Origin: Betaproteobacteria bacterium
GTDB taxonomy: Bacteria; Pseudomonadota; Gammaproteobacteria; Burkholderiales; JAHFQX01
Reading direction: 5' to 3'
DNA length: 64,000 nucleotides
Assembly: GCA_023259135.1 (NCBI GenBank)
Contig: JAHFQX010000008.1
Location: 3,191-67,190, forward strand
Shown here: one piece after another, positions 18,112-28,692 of the stretch
How the letters are laid out: each line of letters starts with the position of its first letter
Position numbering within the stretch: position 1 is the stretch's first letter
Position numbers and translations under genes: made by a program
Notes under the pieces: model-generated
Told to the model about the DNA's origin: nothing
The model's database searches: none
What the model saw: the letters and a program-made list of their open reading frames with translations, nothing else

Positions 18112-19346
18112 GAAAACGCTGGTGGATGATAGCTTTCTGGATCTTTGCCGGTAGTGCTCAAGCGGGGCCACTGCAGTCCGGGCAGGGGCTTTTGCCGACC
18201 GAAACCGCGCGACCGCTCATCGAGCAAGACCCAGGCGTGGCTGCCGCGCGCGCTGGCCTGGAAGCAGCGCGGCAGGAGGCCGGCATCCTCGAAACCTCGC
18301 CCTACGAATGGACTGCCAGGTTGTCTGGACAACGTCGCAACGTGGCTGCCGGCCCACGCCACGGAGAGTGGAGCGCCGGTATCGAACGAACGCTACGCCT
18401 GCCGGACAAAGCCTCGGCGGATCGCAACATTGGCCAGGCTAGTGTCGCGGAGGCCGCAGCGCGCTACGGTAAAGCAAGACGCCAAGCGGCGCGCGAGTTA
18501 TTGACATTGTGGCTGGACTGGCTGGCCGCGGTGCAAGGTCAGGAACTCGCCAGCGCGAACCGCCAGTCGGCCCAGGATATCCTGGGCGCGGTGGAAAAAC
18601 GCTTGCGTGCCGGCGACGCTTCCAAGCTGGACCGGAATCTTGCCCAGGCCGCCTTGTCCGAACAAAGGCGTGTGGAGAACGATGCCAGAACCCAGACGAA
18701 TGTGGCGTGGAGCCGTTTGAACGGGCGTTTCCCGGGAATAAGTCGCACCTCGATGACCTTTCCTGTGCCTGTGCCGGTCAAGGAAGATATAAAATTTTGG
18801 CATGATCGCATTCTGGCGGAGAGCCACGAGCTGAAGATTGTCAAGGCGCTGCTGCAAAAGGCTCAAGCCCAGTCGGGGCGTACCCGTGCGGAGAAGATTC
18901 CGGATCCAACGGTCGGCCTTTACACGGCATCGGAGGCGGGCGGACAGGAACGCATTACCGGAATCAGTATCAGTATTCCCATCCCGGGCGGACAGCGCAG
19001 CCTGCGGAGCGCGCAGGCGGCGTACCTGGCCCAAATGTCGTCGCAGGAACTGGAATTGATGAAGCGGCAGTTGGAAGCGGATATTGCCGGTGCCGTGGCA
19101 ACCTCCCAGGGAACCTACGAGAGTTGGCGGATCGCCGAGACAGGAATGTCCGCCATGCAAGACAGCGTCAGCTTGATGCAACGGGCTTACGCGCTTGGGG
19201 AGGCGGACTTGCAGGCGCTGCTGCTGGTCAGGCTGCAAGCAACGGCCGCGGCGCAAAACGCACTGGCAGCAAGAACAGCCGCATTGAAAACGAACTACCA
19301 GTTGCTCGTCGATGCAAATCTGATTTGGGACTTGGACCAGGAGTAG
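18108..19346 (+). CDS. TolC/CzcC-family outer-membrane efflux factor
   Basis: Signal peptide MRKRWWMIAFWIFAGSAQA with no lipobox Cys. About 410 aa, alpha-helical and Ala/Gln/Arg-rich, with a two-repeat layout typical of OMFs. Confidence 0.8.
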   Translation: MRKRWWMIAFWIFAGSAQAGPLQSGQGLLPTETARPLIEQDPGVAAARAGLEAARQEAGILETSPYEWTARLSGQRRNVAAGPRHGEWSAGIERTLRLPDKASADRNIGQASVAEAAARYGKARRQAARELLTLWLDWLAAVQGQELASANRQSAQDILGAVEKRLRAGDASKLDRNLAQAALSEQRRVENDARTQTNVAWSRLNGRFPGISRTSMTFPVPVPVKEDIKFWHDRILAESHELKIVKALLQKAQAQSGRTRAEKIPDPTVGLYTASEAGGQERITGISISIPIPGGQRSLRSAQAAYLAQMSSQELELMKRQLEADIAGAVATSQGTYESWRIAETGMSAMQDSVSLMQRAYALGEADLQALLLVRLQATAAAQNALAARTAALKTNYQLLVDANLIWDLDQE

Positions 19347-19350
19347 CCAC

Positions 19351-21681
19351 ATGGCCGAAAAACTGAAGCTGGACTTGTCCCTGGTCTTGCCGGATATCCC
19401 CGATGAGCGCGACGCCTGCGTGGGGAGGCTGACTGAACTGCTGCAAGCCGAAGGAATGGAGCGAGGGCACGTTATCCGCGAAGATAGTGCCGCTCGCCTT
19501 TGCCTGCACTACGATCCGCAGCGGTTCAGCGTGAGCCGGGTGCGTGAGTTGGCGCAAGCGGCCGGCGCCAGAATTGGCAATCGCTATCACCACGAGACCC
19601 TGCGCATCGACGGCATGGACTGCCCTACCTGCGCCACCGTGATCGAGCACGCCCTGCAACGCACCGACGGCGTGCTGGAAGCTTCGGTGAGCTACGCCGC
19701 CGAGCGCCTGCGCCTGGAATTCGACAGCGAGAAAATCGGCCGCTCAGGGATTGTCCGGCGCATCCAGGCGCTCGGCTATGCCGTGTTGGAGGAAGGCCGC
19801 CAGGCCGGATGGTTTCGCTCGCATCGCGAGCTTATTTTCAGTGGCGTTGCGGGCCTGCTGTTGCTGTCCGGCTGGCTGGCGGGCCTCGCCGGCGCGCCGC
19901 GTAGCCTGGCGCTCGGTCTGTTGCTGGGCGCCTACGCGGCAGGGGGATTCACCACCCTGCGCGACGCCTGGCAGAGCTTGCGCAGCCGCCGTTTCGACAT
20001 CGACACCCTGATGATCGTCGCGGCGGCCGGGGCGGCGGTGCTCGGCGCCTGGGAAGAAGGCGCGTTGCTGCTGTTCCTGTTCAGCCTGGGGCATGCGCTG
20101 GAGCACATGGCCATGGATCGGGCGCGTAAGGCCATCGAGGCCCTGGCGGAACTGGCCCCCAAGACCGCCATCGTGCAGCGGGATGCCGTGGAGATCGAGG
20201 TGCGGATCGAGGAATTGCAGCGCGGCGATCGGGTGATCGTCAAGCCCGGCCAGCGCATCCCCGCCGACGGTCAGGTGGCATCGGGCGACTCGGCGGTGGA
20301 CCAGGCTCCGGTCACCGGCGAATCCATGCCGGTGGACAAGCGGCCGGGCGACAAGGTGTTCGCGGCTACGGTCAACGGCGAGGGCGCGCTGGTCGTCGAG
20401 GTGACCAAGCTGGCGCGGGAGAGCACGCTGTCGCGCATGGTGGAACTGGTGGCCGAGGCGCAGACGCAGAAATCGCCCACGCAGCGCTTCACCGACCGCT
20501 TCGAACGGATCTTCGTGCCCGTCGTGCTGGTGGGCGCCGCGCTGCTCATCGTGCTGCCGCCGCTGTTCGGCTTCCCTTTCGCCGAAGCCTTTTATCGCGC
20601 CATGGCGGTGCTGGTGGCGGCTTCCCCTTGCGCGCTGGCCATTGCCACGCCTTCGGCGGTGCTGTGCGGCATCGCCCGCGCCGCGCAGGGCGGCGTGCTG
20701 ATCAAGGGCGGCGCGCATCTGGAAAATTTGGGTGTGCTCACCGCCATCGCCTTCGACAAGACCGGCACCTTGACCGCCGGCAAGCCTAAGCTGACCGATG
20801 CTGTCGCCGTGGGCGGAAACGAGGAACGTCTGCTGACCGTTGCCGCCGCCGTGGAAAGCCGCAGCGCCCATCCGTTGGCCCAAGCGGTCGTGGCAGAAGC
20901 GAAGCGGCGCGGTTTGACCTGGCGCGATGTGGGGGAGGCTGAATCCGTGACCGGGAAAGGCGTGCGTGCCGAATTCGACGGGCAAAAGGTGGCCATCGGT
21001 AACGCCAAGTTATTCGACGGCGAACCCCTCCCCGAGGTCATTCAGCAGCAGGCAATGCGCCTGGAGGGGGAAGGCAAAACCACCCTGCTGGTCCAGGCCG
21101 ACGGACAATTCCTGGGCGTCCTGGCCTTGGCCGACACGCCGCGCGAGGGGATGCGCCAGGTGTTGGAGCGCTTGCACCGACTCGGCATCCGCAAGACCCT
21201 CATGCTCACCGGCGACAACGAGCGCGTGGGCCGCGCCATCGCCGACGCGGTCGGCCTGGACGAAGTGAGAGCGGGCCTGTTGCCGGAAGACAAGGTCAGC
21301 GCGATGGAGGCGCTCGGGCAGCGCTACGGCCCAGTGGCCATGGTCGGCGACGGCGTCAACGACGCCCCGGCCATGGCGCGCGCCGCGGTCGGCATCGCCA
21401 TGGGCGGCGCGGGTACCGATGTGGCACTGGAAACCGCGGACGTGGCGCTGATGGCCGACGACCTCTCCAAGCTGCCTTTTGCCATGGCCTTGAGCCGTGC
21501 ATCGAGACGCATCATGCGCCAGAACCTGTGGGTGTCGCTGGGCGTGGTGGCGCTACTGATCCCCGCTACGCTTTCTGGTTGGGCCGGCATCGGCCTGGCG
21601 GTGCTGGTGCACGAGGGATCGACGCTCGTCGTCGTGATCAACGCGCTGCGATTACTGACTTATCATTTCCAAGCGAAGTGA
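19351..21681 (+). CDS. Heavy-metal P1B-type ATPase (SPC / HEGST signature)
   Basis: HMA domain GMDCPTCA, TGES (VTGESMPV), DKTGTLT, GDGVNDAPA. The transmembrane motifs AASPCALAIATP and VHEGSTLVVVINALRLL resemble P1B-4 (Co/Zn/Fe type) rather than CPC Cu or Zn types. Confidence 0.9.
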   Translation: MAEKLKLDLSLVLPDIPDERDACVGRLTELLQAEGMERGHVIREDSAARLCLHYDPQRFSVSRVRELAQAAGARIGNRYHHETLRIDGMDCPTCATVIEHALQRTDGVLEASVSYAAERLRLEFDSEKIGRSGIVRRIQALGYAVLEEGRQAGWFRSHRELIFSGVAGLLLLSGWLAGLAGAPRSLALGLLLGAYAAGGFTTLRDAWQSLRSRRFDIDTLMIVAAAGAAVLGAWEEGALLLFLFSLGHALEHMAMDRARKAIEALAELAPKTAIVQRDAVEIEVRIEELQRGDRVIVKPGQRIPADGQVASGDSAVDQAPVTGESMPVDKRPGDKVFAATVNGEGALVVEVTKLARESTLSRMVELVAEAQTQKSPTQRFTDRFERIFVPVVLVGAALLIVLPPLFGFPFAEAFYRAMAVLVAASPCALAIATPSAVLCGIARAAQGGVLIKGGAHLENLGVLTAIAFDKTGTLTAGKPKLTDAVAVGGNEERLLTVAAAVESRSAHPLAQAVVAEAKRRGLTWRDVGEAESVTGKGVRAEFDGQKVAIGNAKLFDGEPLPEVIQQQAMRLEGEGKTTLLVQADGQFLGVLALADTPREGMRQVLERLHRLGIRKTLMLTGDNERVGRAIADAVGLDEVRAGLLPEDKVSAMEALGQRYGPVAMVGDGVNDAPAMARAAVGIAMGGAGTDVALETADVALMADDLSKLPFAMALSRASRRIMRQNLWVSLGVVALLIPATLSGWAGIGLAVLVHEGSTLVVVINALRLLTYHFQAK

Positions 21682-21686
21682 AGCAA

Positions 21687-22895
21687 TCAGTAAGCCGCCC
21701 GGCGCCGGCCGCCGGAGATTTCCTCCAGTTGGCCGACGGCCAGTTGCAGGCTTTCCCGGTAGTGGCGCTCGGCTCCTTGCGGGTCTTCCAGCCGTTCCAA
21801 CATCCGAGCCAGTGCCAGGTGGGTAGCGTAGCTGTTTTCCACCGCCAGGCTCGCCTCCAGGTAGTTGCGGGCTTTGCCCCATAATTCCGCGGCGGTGCAC
21901 AAGCGTCCCAAGGTGAGCAGCAGCCCGCCGTCCCGGGGGTGGTCGGCGAGCCAGCGTTCCGCCCGCTCGATGCGGGGACGGTGTTCGGCCGCATCGCATT
22001 CGGCGTAGAGCAGGATCAATTCCCGGTCCCAGTGGGGCGCCAGGGCGGCTTCGATGATGCGGCCCGCGGTATTTTTGTCGCCGGCGTCGCTGAAGCCTTT
22101 CGCCGCCACCGCGGCGATGCGGGGATTCAATTTTTCGGCGGCGGGCACTCTGTCCCAGGTATTTTGCAGGGACGGCAGATGCTGGCCGCAGCGGCGCAGC
22201 AGTTCCACATGGGCCTGGCGCCGCATGCCCTCGACTTGCAGAGGGAGCAGTACGCCCCGTTTCTCCAATTGCGTCACCAGGGGCGGCACCCGCTCCCAAT
22301 GTTCCAAGTTTTGCCGCAGGCGCAGTTCAAGCCGCAGGGCCGCCGTGGAGCGCCGTTGGAGGGCTTGTAGCGTTTCCAGGGCTTCGGCCGGGCGCCGTTG
22401 ATCGGCCAGCAATTCGGCCCGGGTCATCAACAGCAGGCTTTCCGGTTCAGGCGCCGCCGATTCGGCTTGGGTCAGGTAGCGGTCCCGCCGCTCGTATTCC
22501 CGCAGCACATGGGCGGCTCGGGCCGCCAGTACCGCGGCGAGGGTGGGGTGGATTTCGCTCGTCAAATTCCGCGCCGCCGCTTTCTCGGCTTTGCGGTAGC
22601 GGCCCTCGAGGAGGGCGCCACAGGCTTCGGCCAGCAGGGTCCAGGCCTGCTTTTGCCGGCGTTGCCGATGATAGGCTTGCACCTTGCGAGGGAGTCCCAA
22701 CGTGGCGGCGGCAGCCCGCAAGACGCCGTAGCCGATGGCGAAGCCGAGCGCCAGCAAGACTACCGCCAAGCTGACGGATAGCTCCAGCCGGTAAGGGGGC
22801 AGCACCAGCAGCACGTAGCCGGGGTAGGTGCGGGCCGCCAGGGTGAAGCCCACCGCGGCGGCGACGAGCACGATCAGCCAAAGCAGGAATCTCAT
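21687..22895 (-). CDS. hemY: HemY-type TPR membrane protein of the hemCDXY cluster
   Basis: 402 aa from ATG 22895 (track start 23141 trimmed). Two N-terminal TM helices (MRFLLWLIVLVAAAVGF...), then TPR-like repeats. Its position after hemX supports the call. Confidence 0.8.
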   Translation of the reverse strand: MRFLLWLIVLVAAAVGFTLAARTYPGYVLLVLPPYRLELSVSLAVVLLALGFAIGYGVLRAAAATLGLPRKVQAYHRQRRQKQAWTLLAEACGALLEGRYRKAEKAAARNLTSEIHPTLAAVLAARAAHVLREYERRDRYLTQAESAAPEPESLLLMTRAELLADQRRPAEALETLQALQRRSTAALRLELRLRQNLEHWERVPPLVTQLEKRGVLLPLQVEGMRRQAHVELLRRCGQHLPSLQNTWDRVPAAEKLNPRIAAVAAKGFSDAGDKNTAGRIIEAALAPHWDRELILLYAECDAAEHRPRIERAERWLADHPRDGGLLLTLGRLCTAAELWGKARNYLEASLAVENSYATHLALARMLERLEDPQGAERHYRESLQLAVGQLEEISGGRRRAAY

Positions 22896-22935
22896 CGGCG
22901 CAGCCCGCCGCAGTGGAGGCAGCGCAGCGGAGCGC

Positions 22936-24000
22936 TCATCGGCCGCTCCGATCTCGGCCCAGCTTGTACTGGCGTACCGCATCCAGGCTGGCGGAAATGT
23001 CCGGCAGCTCCACGCTGAGCGTACTCTCTTGCAGGCGGCGCAAGGTTTCCCGGGCCGCGGCGACGGCTTTGTCCTTGCCGTCGTAATAGCGATCCATCCA
23101 GCGGCGGGCGGCCTCCAGGTCGGTCTTGGCGCTGGTGTCATCCCGCGCCAGCACCGCGATCCGGGCGCTCAGCAGGCGCAACTTGAGGTTCTCCCGCAAA
23201 AAGAACCCTTGCTCGGGCGCCAGCAAGGGAATGTCGGGTTTGCCAGTATTTTCGATGCGCAGGAGCTGCTTGAATTCCAGCCAGGTTTCCCAGGCCAGCC
23301 GCCGCCAGACCGCTTCCTGCGCATCGGGCTTGCGGGGCGGACGCGATTGCGGGGCGGGCCGCGATTCCATGGCCAAGGGCCATCCATCCACTTCGGCCAG
23401 CAGGTTGTCCAGCCGCGCCACGATGCCGACGGTATCCACCGCGGGCTGCGCCTTGAGCCGCTCGATGTCGTGGATCAGCACTTTGCGCAAGGGCGCCAAC
23501 TGCGGCTTGTTCATGCGTTGCAAGCGAGTGTCGGCGGCCTCCATGGCGATGAGGGCGGCTTTCACGTTGCCGGCCAATTGCAGTTGCTGGCCGGCCAGCA
23601 GCAAGACTTGCTCTATCTCGGCCAGGGCCGATTCGTCGCGGTTGCGGGATAATTCCTGATACAGGGTTTCCAGCGCCACCTGCTGGTTTTGAAATTCGGT
23701 CAGCTGGTTTTCCAGAATCCCCAGCTTCACCTGCATTTCTCGGACCGCTTCTTGGGATTGGGTTGCCACGAGGCGGCTTTCCTGATTCAGGCGATCCGCG
23801 CCGGCCAGTTTTTTCCCCAACTCCTGTTGCAGGTCGGCGATCCGATTGCGGGAATCCCACCACTGCCAGCCCAGTAAAATGAACAACAACAGCACCAGCG
23901 CGGTGACCCGTGGCATGCGCCGCAACCGGCCGAGCCCTGCAGAGGCCGCGCCGGCCGCCGGTTCGGTAACGGGCGGCGACGGCTCGATGGGTTCAGGCAT
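22936..24000 (-). CDS. hemX: HemX-type membrane protein (often annotated uroporphyrinogen-III C-methyltransferase)
   Basis: A single TM helix (VTALVLLLFILLGWQWW) is followed by a long coiled-coil region. It lies between hemD and hemY. Confidence 0.75.
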   Translation of the reverse strand: MPEPIEPSPPVTEPAAGAASAGLGRLRRMPRVTALVLLLFILLGWQWWDSRNRIADLQQELGKKLAGADRLNQESRLVATQSQEAVREMQVKLGILENQLTEFQNQQVALETLYQELSRNRDESALAEIEQVLLLAGQQLQLAGNVKAALIAMEAADTRLQRMNKPQLAPLRKVLIHDIERLKAQPAVDTVGIVARLDNLLAEVDGWPLAMESRPAPQSRPPRKPDAQEAVWRRLAWETWLEFKQLLRIENTGKPDIPLLAPEQGFFLRENLKLRLLSARIAVLARDDTSAKTDLEAARRWMDRYYDGKDKAVAAARETLRRLQESTLSVELPDISASLDAVRQYKLGRDRSGR

Positions 24001-24808
24001 GATCGGATTTTCCTCGAAAGCGGCTCAATAATCCTTCCAACAGCCCCTGGTCCGCGCCGCGAGTAACGGTGACGTCTTGGAAGCCCAGGCTACGGGCGGT
24101 CTCGGCGATGCGGGGATGGGGTGCCAGCAGCGGCGTGGCGACGAGCCGCGGCCGGGCCGCCGCTCCGGCCAGCTCCCACAGGTTGCGCAGCCCTTCGCTG
24201 CTGGTGATGGTGATGGCGCAGTGCATCCCGCTCTCCCACAAGGCGAACAACTCCTGGCCGCCGGTCGCGGGCCGTGCCCGGCGGTAGCATTCCGCGGCCT
24301 CCACCACGGCGCCCCGCCGCAGCAGGGTTTTTTCCAGCCAATCACGGCCGCCGTTGCCCCGCAACAGGGCGATGCGCTTGCCGGCGACGTTTTCAAATTC
24401 CGGCAACGTCAGCAAGCCCTCGCTGTCGAACCGCTCTCGCGGCACGATCACCGGGCGAGAAAAATGTTGTTGCAAGGCGGTGGCGGTTCCCGGCCCCACC
24501 GCCGCCAGCAGCAGGCCGGGAGGCAGGGTGAGGGGGCCATCGGCCAAGGGCCGCCCAAGGGCCGCTAGCGCCAGGGCGCGGTTCACGGCGTTGGGGCTGA
24601 TGAAGATGGCGATATCGAATTCCGGCAGCCGGGCCAGCAGCCGCCGGGCCGGCTCGGGGTCGGGGGGTTCTTGAATCTCCAAGACCGGAAAGATCAGCGC
24701 CTCGCCTCCCGCGGCGCGAATCAGCGCCGCCAAAGGCTGGGCTTGATTCCGGGGGCGGGTGACCAGCACCCTGACGCCGGCCAAGGGAGGGGCGGTCGTG
24801 GCCATCAT
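23993..24808 (-). CDS. hemD: Uroporphyrinogen-III synthase
   Basis: 271 aa with [37 protein letters not shown]. The start overlaps the hemC stop (ATGA). Confidence 0.8.
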   Translation of the reverse strand: MMATTAPPLAGVRVLVTRPRNQAQPLAALIRAAGGEALIFPVLEIQEPPDPEPARRLLARLPEFDIAIFISPNAVNRALALAALGRPLADGPLTLPPGLLLAAVGPGTATALQQHFSRPVIVPRERFDSEGLLTLPEFENVAGKRIALLRGNGGRDWLEKTLLRRGAVVEAAECYRRARPATGGQELFALWESGMHCAITITSSEGLRNLWELAGAAARPRLVATPLLAPHPRIAETARSLGFQDVTVTRGADQGLLEGLLSRFRGKSDHA

Positions 24809-25773
24809 GACTGCTGAGCGGCGATGCGCGCCAGGATTTCCTCGGCGCCGCCGGCCCGCAAGCGTTGGGCCACCGCCAGCCCCAGGGCCTGGGGGTCGTC
24901 GGTGTCGGCTTCCTGTTCAGCGGCGATCAGTCGGGCGCCGTCCGGACTGGCGACAAAACCCCGCAGCAACAGTCGCTTTTTCCGGATTTCGGCGTAGCCG
25001 CCCAGGGGCACTTGGCAGCTTCCGGCCAGGGCACGGCTCAAGGCCCGCTCGGCGGTGACGCAGCAGGCTGTGTCGGCGTGGTTGAGGGGCGCCATCCAGC
25101 GGGCCAGTTCCGGCCGGCCGGAGCGGATTTCGATGCCCAGGGCGCCTTGGCCGACGGCTGGCAGGCTGTCTTCCGGGGCCAGCAGGGCGCGGATGCGCGC
25201 TCCCAGTCCCAAGCGCTTCAGCCCCGCCGCCGCCAGGATGATGGCATCGAACTGGCCTTCGTCCAATTTGCGCAAGCGGGTCTGCACATTGCCGCGCAGC
25301 GGCAGCACTTGGAGTCCGGGAAACTTCGCCCGCACTTGGCTTTCCCGGCGCAGGCTGGAAGTCCCTACCCGGCCGCCGGGGGGCAGGGACGCCAGATCGA
25401 AATAGTGGTTGGAGACGAAAGCGTCCCGCGGGTCTTCCCGTTGGGTGATGGCCGCGAGAGCAAAACCTACCGGGAGATCCATGGGCACATCCTTCATGGA
25501 ATGCACCGCGATGTCGGCGGAGCCGGAGGCCAGCGCTTCCTCCAGCTCCTTGATGAACAGGCCCTTGCCCCCTACCGCGGATAAAGGCATGCTTAATAAT
25601 TGATCGCCTCGGGTGGTGAGGCCCAGGATGCGGATGTCGCAATGGGGATAGAGCTCTTGTAGCCGGTCCCGGATGTAATGGGCTTGCCACAGGGCCAACG
25701 CGCTTTCCCGAGAGGCGATAACGATGCGTTCCGGGGCCTCATGGGCAGGGATCAAGGGTGGATGGCAGTCCAT
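24805..25773 (-). CDS. hemC: Hydroxymethylbilane synthase (porphobilinogen deaminase)
   Basis: [40 protein letters not shown] motifs. I trimmed the start to ATG 25773 (or 25785). The track start 26301 would run through ppc. Confidence 0.9.
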   Translation of the reverse strand: MDCHPPLIPAHEAPERIVIASRESALALWQAHYIRDRLQELYPHCDIRILGLTTRGDQLLSMPLSAVGGKGLFIKELEEALASGSADIAVHSMKDVPMDLPVGFALAAITQREDPRDAFVSNHYFDLASLPPGGRVGTSSLRRESQVRAKFPGLQVLPLRGNVQTRLRKLDEGQFDAIILAAAGLKRLGLGARIRALLAPEDSLPAVGQGALGIEIRSGRPELARWMAPLNHADTACCVTAERALSRALAGSCQVPLGGYAEIRKKRLLLRGFVASPDGARLIAAEQEADTDDPQALGLAVAQRLRAGGAEEILARIAAQQS

Positions 25774-25803
25774 GGCAGCGCGCATATTCAAGGAAATTCT
25801 ATC

Positions 25804-28578
25804 ATGAACCACCCCGATCCCGCGGCTGCTGCCCTGGCTGACAAGGACTTGCCGCTGCGGGAGGATATCCGGCTGCTGGGGCGAATCCTGGGGGACACCC
25901 TGCGGGAGCAGGAGGGGGCGGCGGCCTTCGATCTGATCGAGCAGGTGCGTCGGACGGCGGTGCGTTTCCGCCGCGGCCAAGAGGCCGCGGCCCGCGGCGA
26001 ATTGGAGTCCAGCCTGGACGAGTTGGACACCGCCGGGGCGATGGTGGTGGCCCGAGCGTTCTCGTTTTTTTCTCAATTGGCCAATATCGCTGAGGACCGG
26101 CACCACAACCGGCGCCGCCGCGCCCACCGGCTGGCCGGCGATCCGCCCCAGGAAGGCAGCATGGCGCTGGCCTTGCAACGGCTCCAAGCCGCAGGAGTGG
26201 AAACATCGGCCCTGCGGGATTTTTTCGCCGACGCCCTGCTCTGTCCGGTGCTGACCGCCCATCCCACCGAGGTGCAGCGCAAGAGCATTCTGGATTCCCA
26301 ACTGGAGATCGGCCGCTTGCTGCGCAAACGGGAATGGCTGCCGGCCACCCCCGAGGAGTTGGGAGGAATCGAAACCGCTTTGCGCCGCGTGGTCCTGACG
26401 CTGTGGCAGACCCGCATCCTGAGGGCGGTGCGGCTGGCGGTGGCCGATGAAGTGGAAAATGGCCTGTCGTATTATCGCTACACTTTTCTCGACGAAATCC
26501 CCCGGCTGTATGCCGAGCTGGAGGATTTATTGGAGGCTCGGGGCCTGGACGGCGAGCTGCCCGCCTTTCTGCGCATGGGTTCGTGGATCGGCGGCGACCG
26601 GGACGGCAATCCTTACGTCACCGCCGAGGTTACTCAGGCGGCGGTGCGCAGCCAATCCGCCGTGGCGCTGGAACACTACCTGGAGCAGATCAATCAACTG
26701 GGCGGCGAGTTGAGTTTATCGTTGCGGGTGGTGCGGGCCAGCCCGGCTTTGCTGGAGCTGGCCGGACGCAGCTTCGACGCTTCCGAGCATCGCTCCGATG
26801 AACCTTATCGCCGCGCCCTGATGCGGATCTATGCCCGGCTGGCGGCCACAGATGAAGTCCTGGGAGAAAAACCCCGGCGTCCCGCCGCCGGCGCCGCGGA
26901 GCCTTACCGCGATGCCGCCGAGTTCCTGGCCGATCTGAATGTGATTCGCGATTCCTTGGAATCCCACGGCTCGCGGCGCATCGCCCGGGGCCGCCTGCGC
27001 AGCCTGCGGCGGGCGGTGGGGGTGTTCGGGTTCCACCTGTGCGCCCTGGATCTGCGGCAGCACAGCGCGGTCTACGGGGCCACCGTGGCGGAACTGCTGC
27101 GTCGCTGCGGCCAGGGAAAGGGTAAGGAGTACGCCGCCCTCGACGAAATCCGCCGGCGCAAGCTGCTGCTGGCTGAATTGGCCACGCCCCGGCTGCTGCG
27201 CTCGCCCTATCTTGATTACGGCGAGCCCACCGCCCGAGAACTGGCAGTGTTCGATACCGCGGCCCAATTGCACCGGCGCTACGGGCCCGAGGCCGTGCCC
27301 ACCTGCATCATCTCCAAGGCCGAGTCGGTCAGCGACATTTTGGAAGTGGCGCTGCTGCTCAAGGAGTGCGGCTTGCTGCGGCCCGATCCCGAGCCCTCGC
27401 TGGCCCTCAACATCACGCCGCTGTTCGAAACCATTGACGATCTGCGGCGCAGCGCCCGCATCATGGAGGAACTGCTGGGCTTGCCCGAATACCGGCGCTT
27501 GCTGCAATCCCGCGGCGATGCCCAGGAAGTGATGCTGGGCTATTCCGACAGCAACAAAGACGGCGGCTATCTCACCGCCAACTGGGAGCTTTACAAGGCC
27601 GAGGTGGAATTGGTGCGGGTATTCGCCCGCCACGGGGTACGGCTGCGTCTGTTCCACGGCCGGGGAGGCACCGTGGGACGGGGCGGCGGTCCCGCCTACG
27701 AGGCCATCTTGGCCCAGCCCCCCGGCAGCGTCGCCGGGCAGATTCGCATTACCGAGCAAGGGGAGGTGATCGGCAGCAAGTATGCCGATCGGGAGATCGG
27801 TCGCCGCAACCTGGAAACCCTGGTGGCGGCCACGCTGGAGGCGAGCCTGTTGTCGAAACAAGCCGACGGCTCGGAGTTCAGCCGCTATTTCCCTGTCATG
27901 GAGCGGCTGAGCGCCGATGCCTACGCCGCCTACCGGCAGTTGGTCTACCAGACTCCCGGCTTCAGCGTTTTTTTCCGGGGCGCCACTCCGATCGGCGAGA
28001 TCGCCGATCTGCACATCGGCAGCCGCCCCGCGTCCCGCAAGCCATCCCAGGAAATCGCCGATCTGCGGGCCATTCCCTGGGTGTTCAGTTGGTCCCAGAG
28101 CCGCATCATGCTGCCCGGCTGGTATGGCTTCGGGAGCGCGGTGGCCCGCCATCTGGAGCGGGAGAGGGAGCCAGGCATGGCCTCGCTGCGGGAGATGCAC
28201 CGGGAGTGGCCATTTTTCCGGGCGGCTTTATCCAACATGGAAATGGTGCTGGCCAAGAGTGATTTTGGCATTGCCTCCCGTTACGCCGAACTGGTGTCCG
28301 ATATGGCGCTGCGAGAGTGGGTGTTCGGCCGGCTGGAGGCCGAATGGCGGGACACGGTGCGGCTGCTGCTGGACATCACCGGCCAAGGAGAATTGCTGGA
28401 AGGCAATCCCAGCCTGGCCCGCAGCCTGCGGCACCGGATGCCCTACATCGACCCGCTGAACCACCTGCAAGTCGGCCTGCTGCGCCGCTTCCGCGCCTCG
28501 GACGACGAGGAGCGGCTGAAGCGGGCCATCCTCATCACCATCAACGGCATCGCCGCGGGGCTGCGCAACAGCGGTTGA
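25804..28578 (+). CDS. ppc: Phosphoenolpyruvate carboxylase
   Basis: 924 aa from ATG 25804. Motifs [47 protein letters not shown], and the C-terminal GLRNSG. Confidence 0.95.
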   Translation: MNHPDPAAAALADKDLPLREDIRLLGRILGDTLREQEGAAAFDLIEQVRRTAVRFRRGQEAAARGELESSLDELDTAGAMVVARAFSFFSQLANIAEDRHHNRRRRAHRLAGDPPQEGSMALALQRLQAAGVETSALRDFFADALLCPVLTAHPTEVQRKSILDSQLEIGRLLRKREWLPATPEELGGIETALRRVVLTLWQTRILRAVRLAVADEVENGLSYYRYTFLDEIPRLYAELEDLLEARGLDGELPAFLRMGSWIGGDRDGNPYVTAEVTQAAVRSQSAVALEHYLEQINQLGGELSLSLRVVRASPALLELAGRSFDASEHRSDEPYRRALMRIYARLAATDEVLGEKPRRPAAGAAEPYRDAAEFLADLNVIRDSLESHGSRRIARGRLRSLRRAVGVFGFHLCALDLRQHSAVYGATVAELLRRCGQGKGKEYAALDEIRRRKLLLAELATPRLLRSPYLDYGEPTARELAVFDTAAQLHRRYGPEAVPTCIISKAESVSDILEVALLLKECGLLRPDPEPSLALNITPLFETIDDLRRSARIMEELLGLPEYRRLLQSRGDAQEVMLGYSDSNKDGGYLTANWELYKAEVELVRVFARHGVRLRLFHGRGGTVGRGGGPAYEAILAQPPGSVAGQIRITEQGEVIGSKYADREIGRRNLETLVAATLEASLLSKQADGSEFSRYFPVMERLSADAYAAYRQLVYQTPGFSVFFRGATPIGEIADLHIGSRPASRKPSQEIADLRAIPWVFSWSQSRIMLPGWYGFGSAVARHLEREREPGMASLREMHREWPFFRAALSNMEMVLAKSDFGIASRYAELVSDMALREWVFGRLEAEWRDTVRLLLDITGQGELLEGNPSLARSLRHRMPYIDPLNHLQVGLLRRFRASDDEERLKRAILITINGIAAGLRNSG

Positions 28579-28692
28579 CAGGCCGTTGAAAAACTTCCCC
28601 TTGCCGGCAATGGGCGCTCCTGACGCTCGATATTGCGCCGGGCTGAGGAAGCGCACAGAGCCAAAAGCCAGTTGAGGGGCCGAACATCGAGA

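Noticed and set aside
28579-28692. The palindrome TTGCCGGCAA and surrounding sequence between convergent ppc and the GGDEF gene, considered as a possible terminator.
   Set aside because: The stem is very short, has no loop and no U-tract. There is not enough support to call a terminator.
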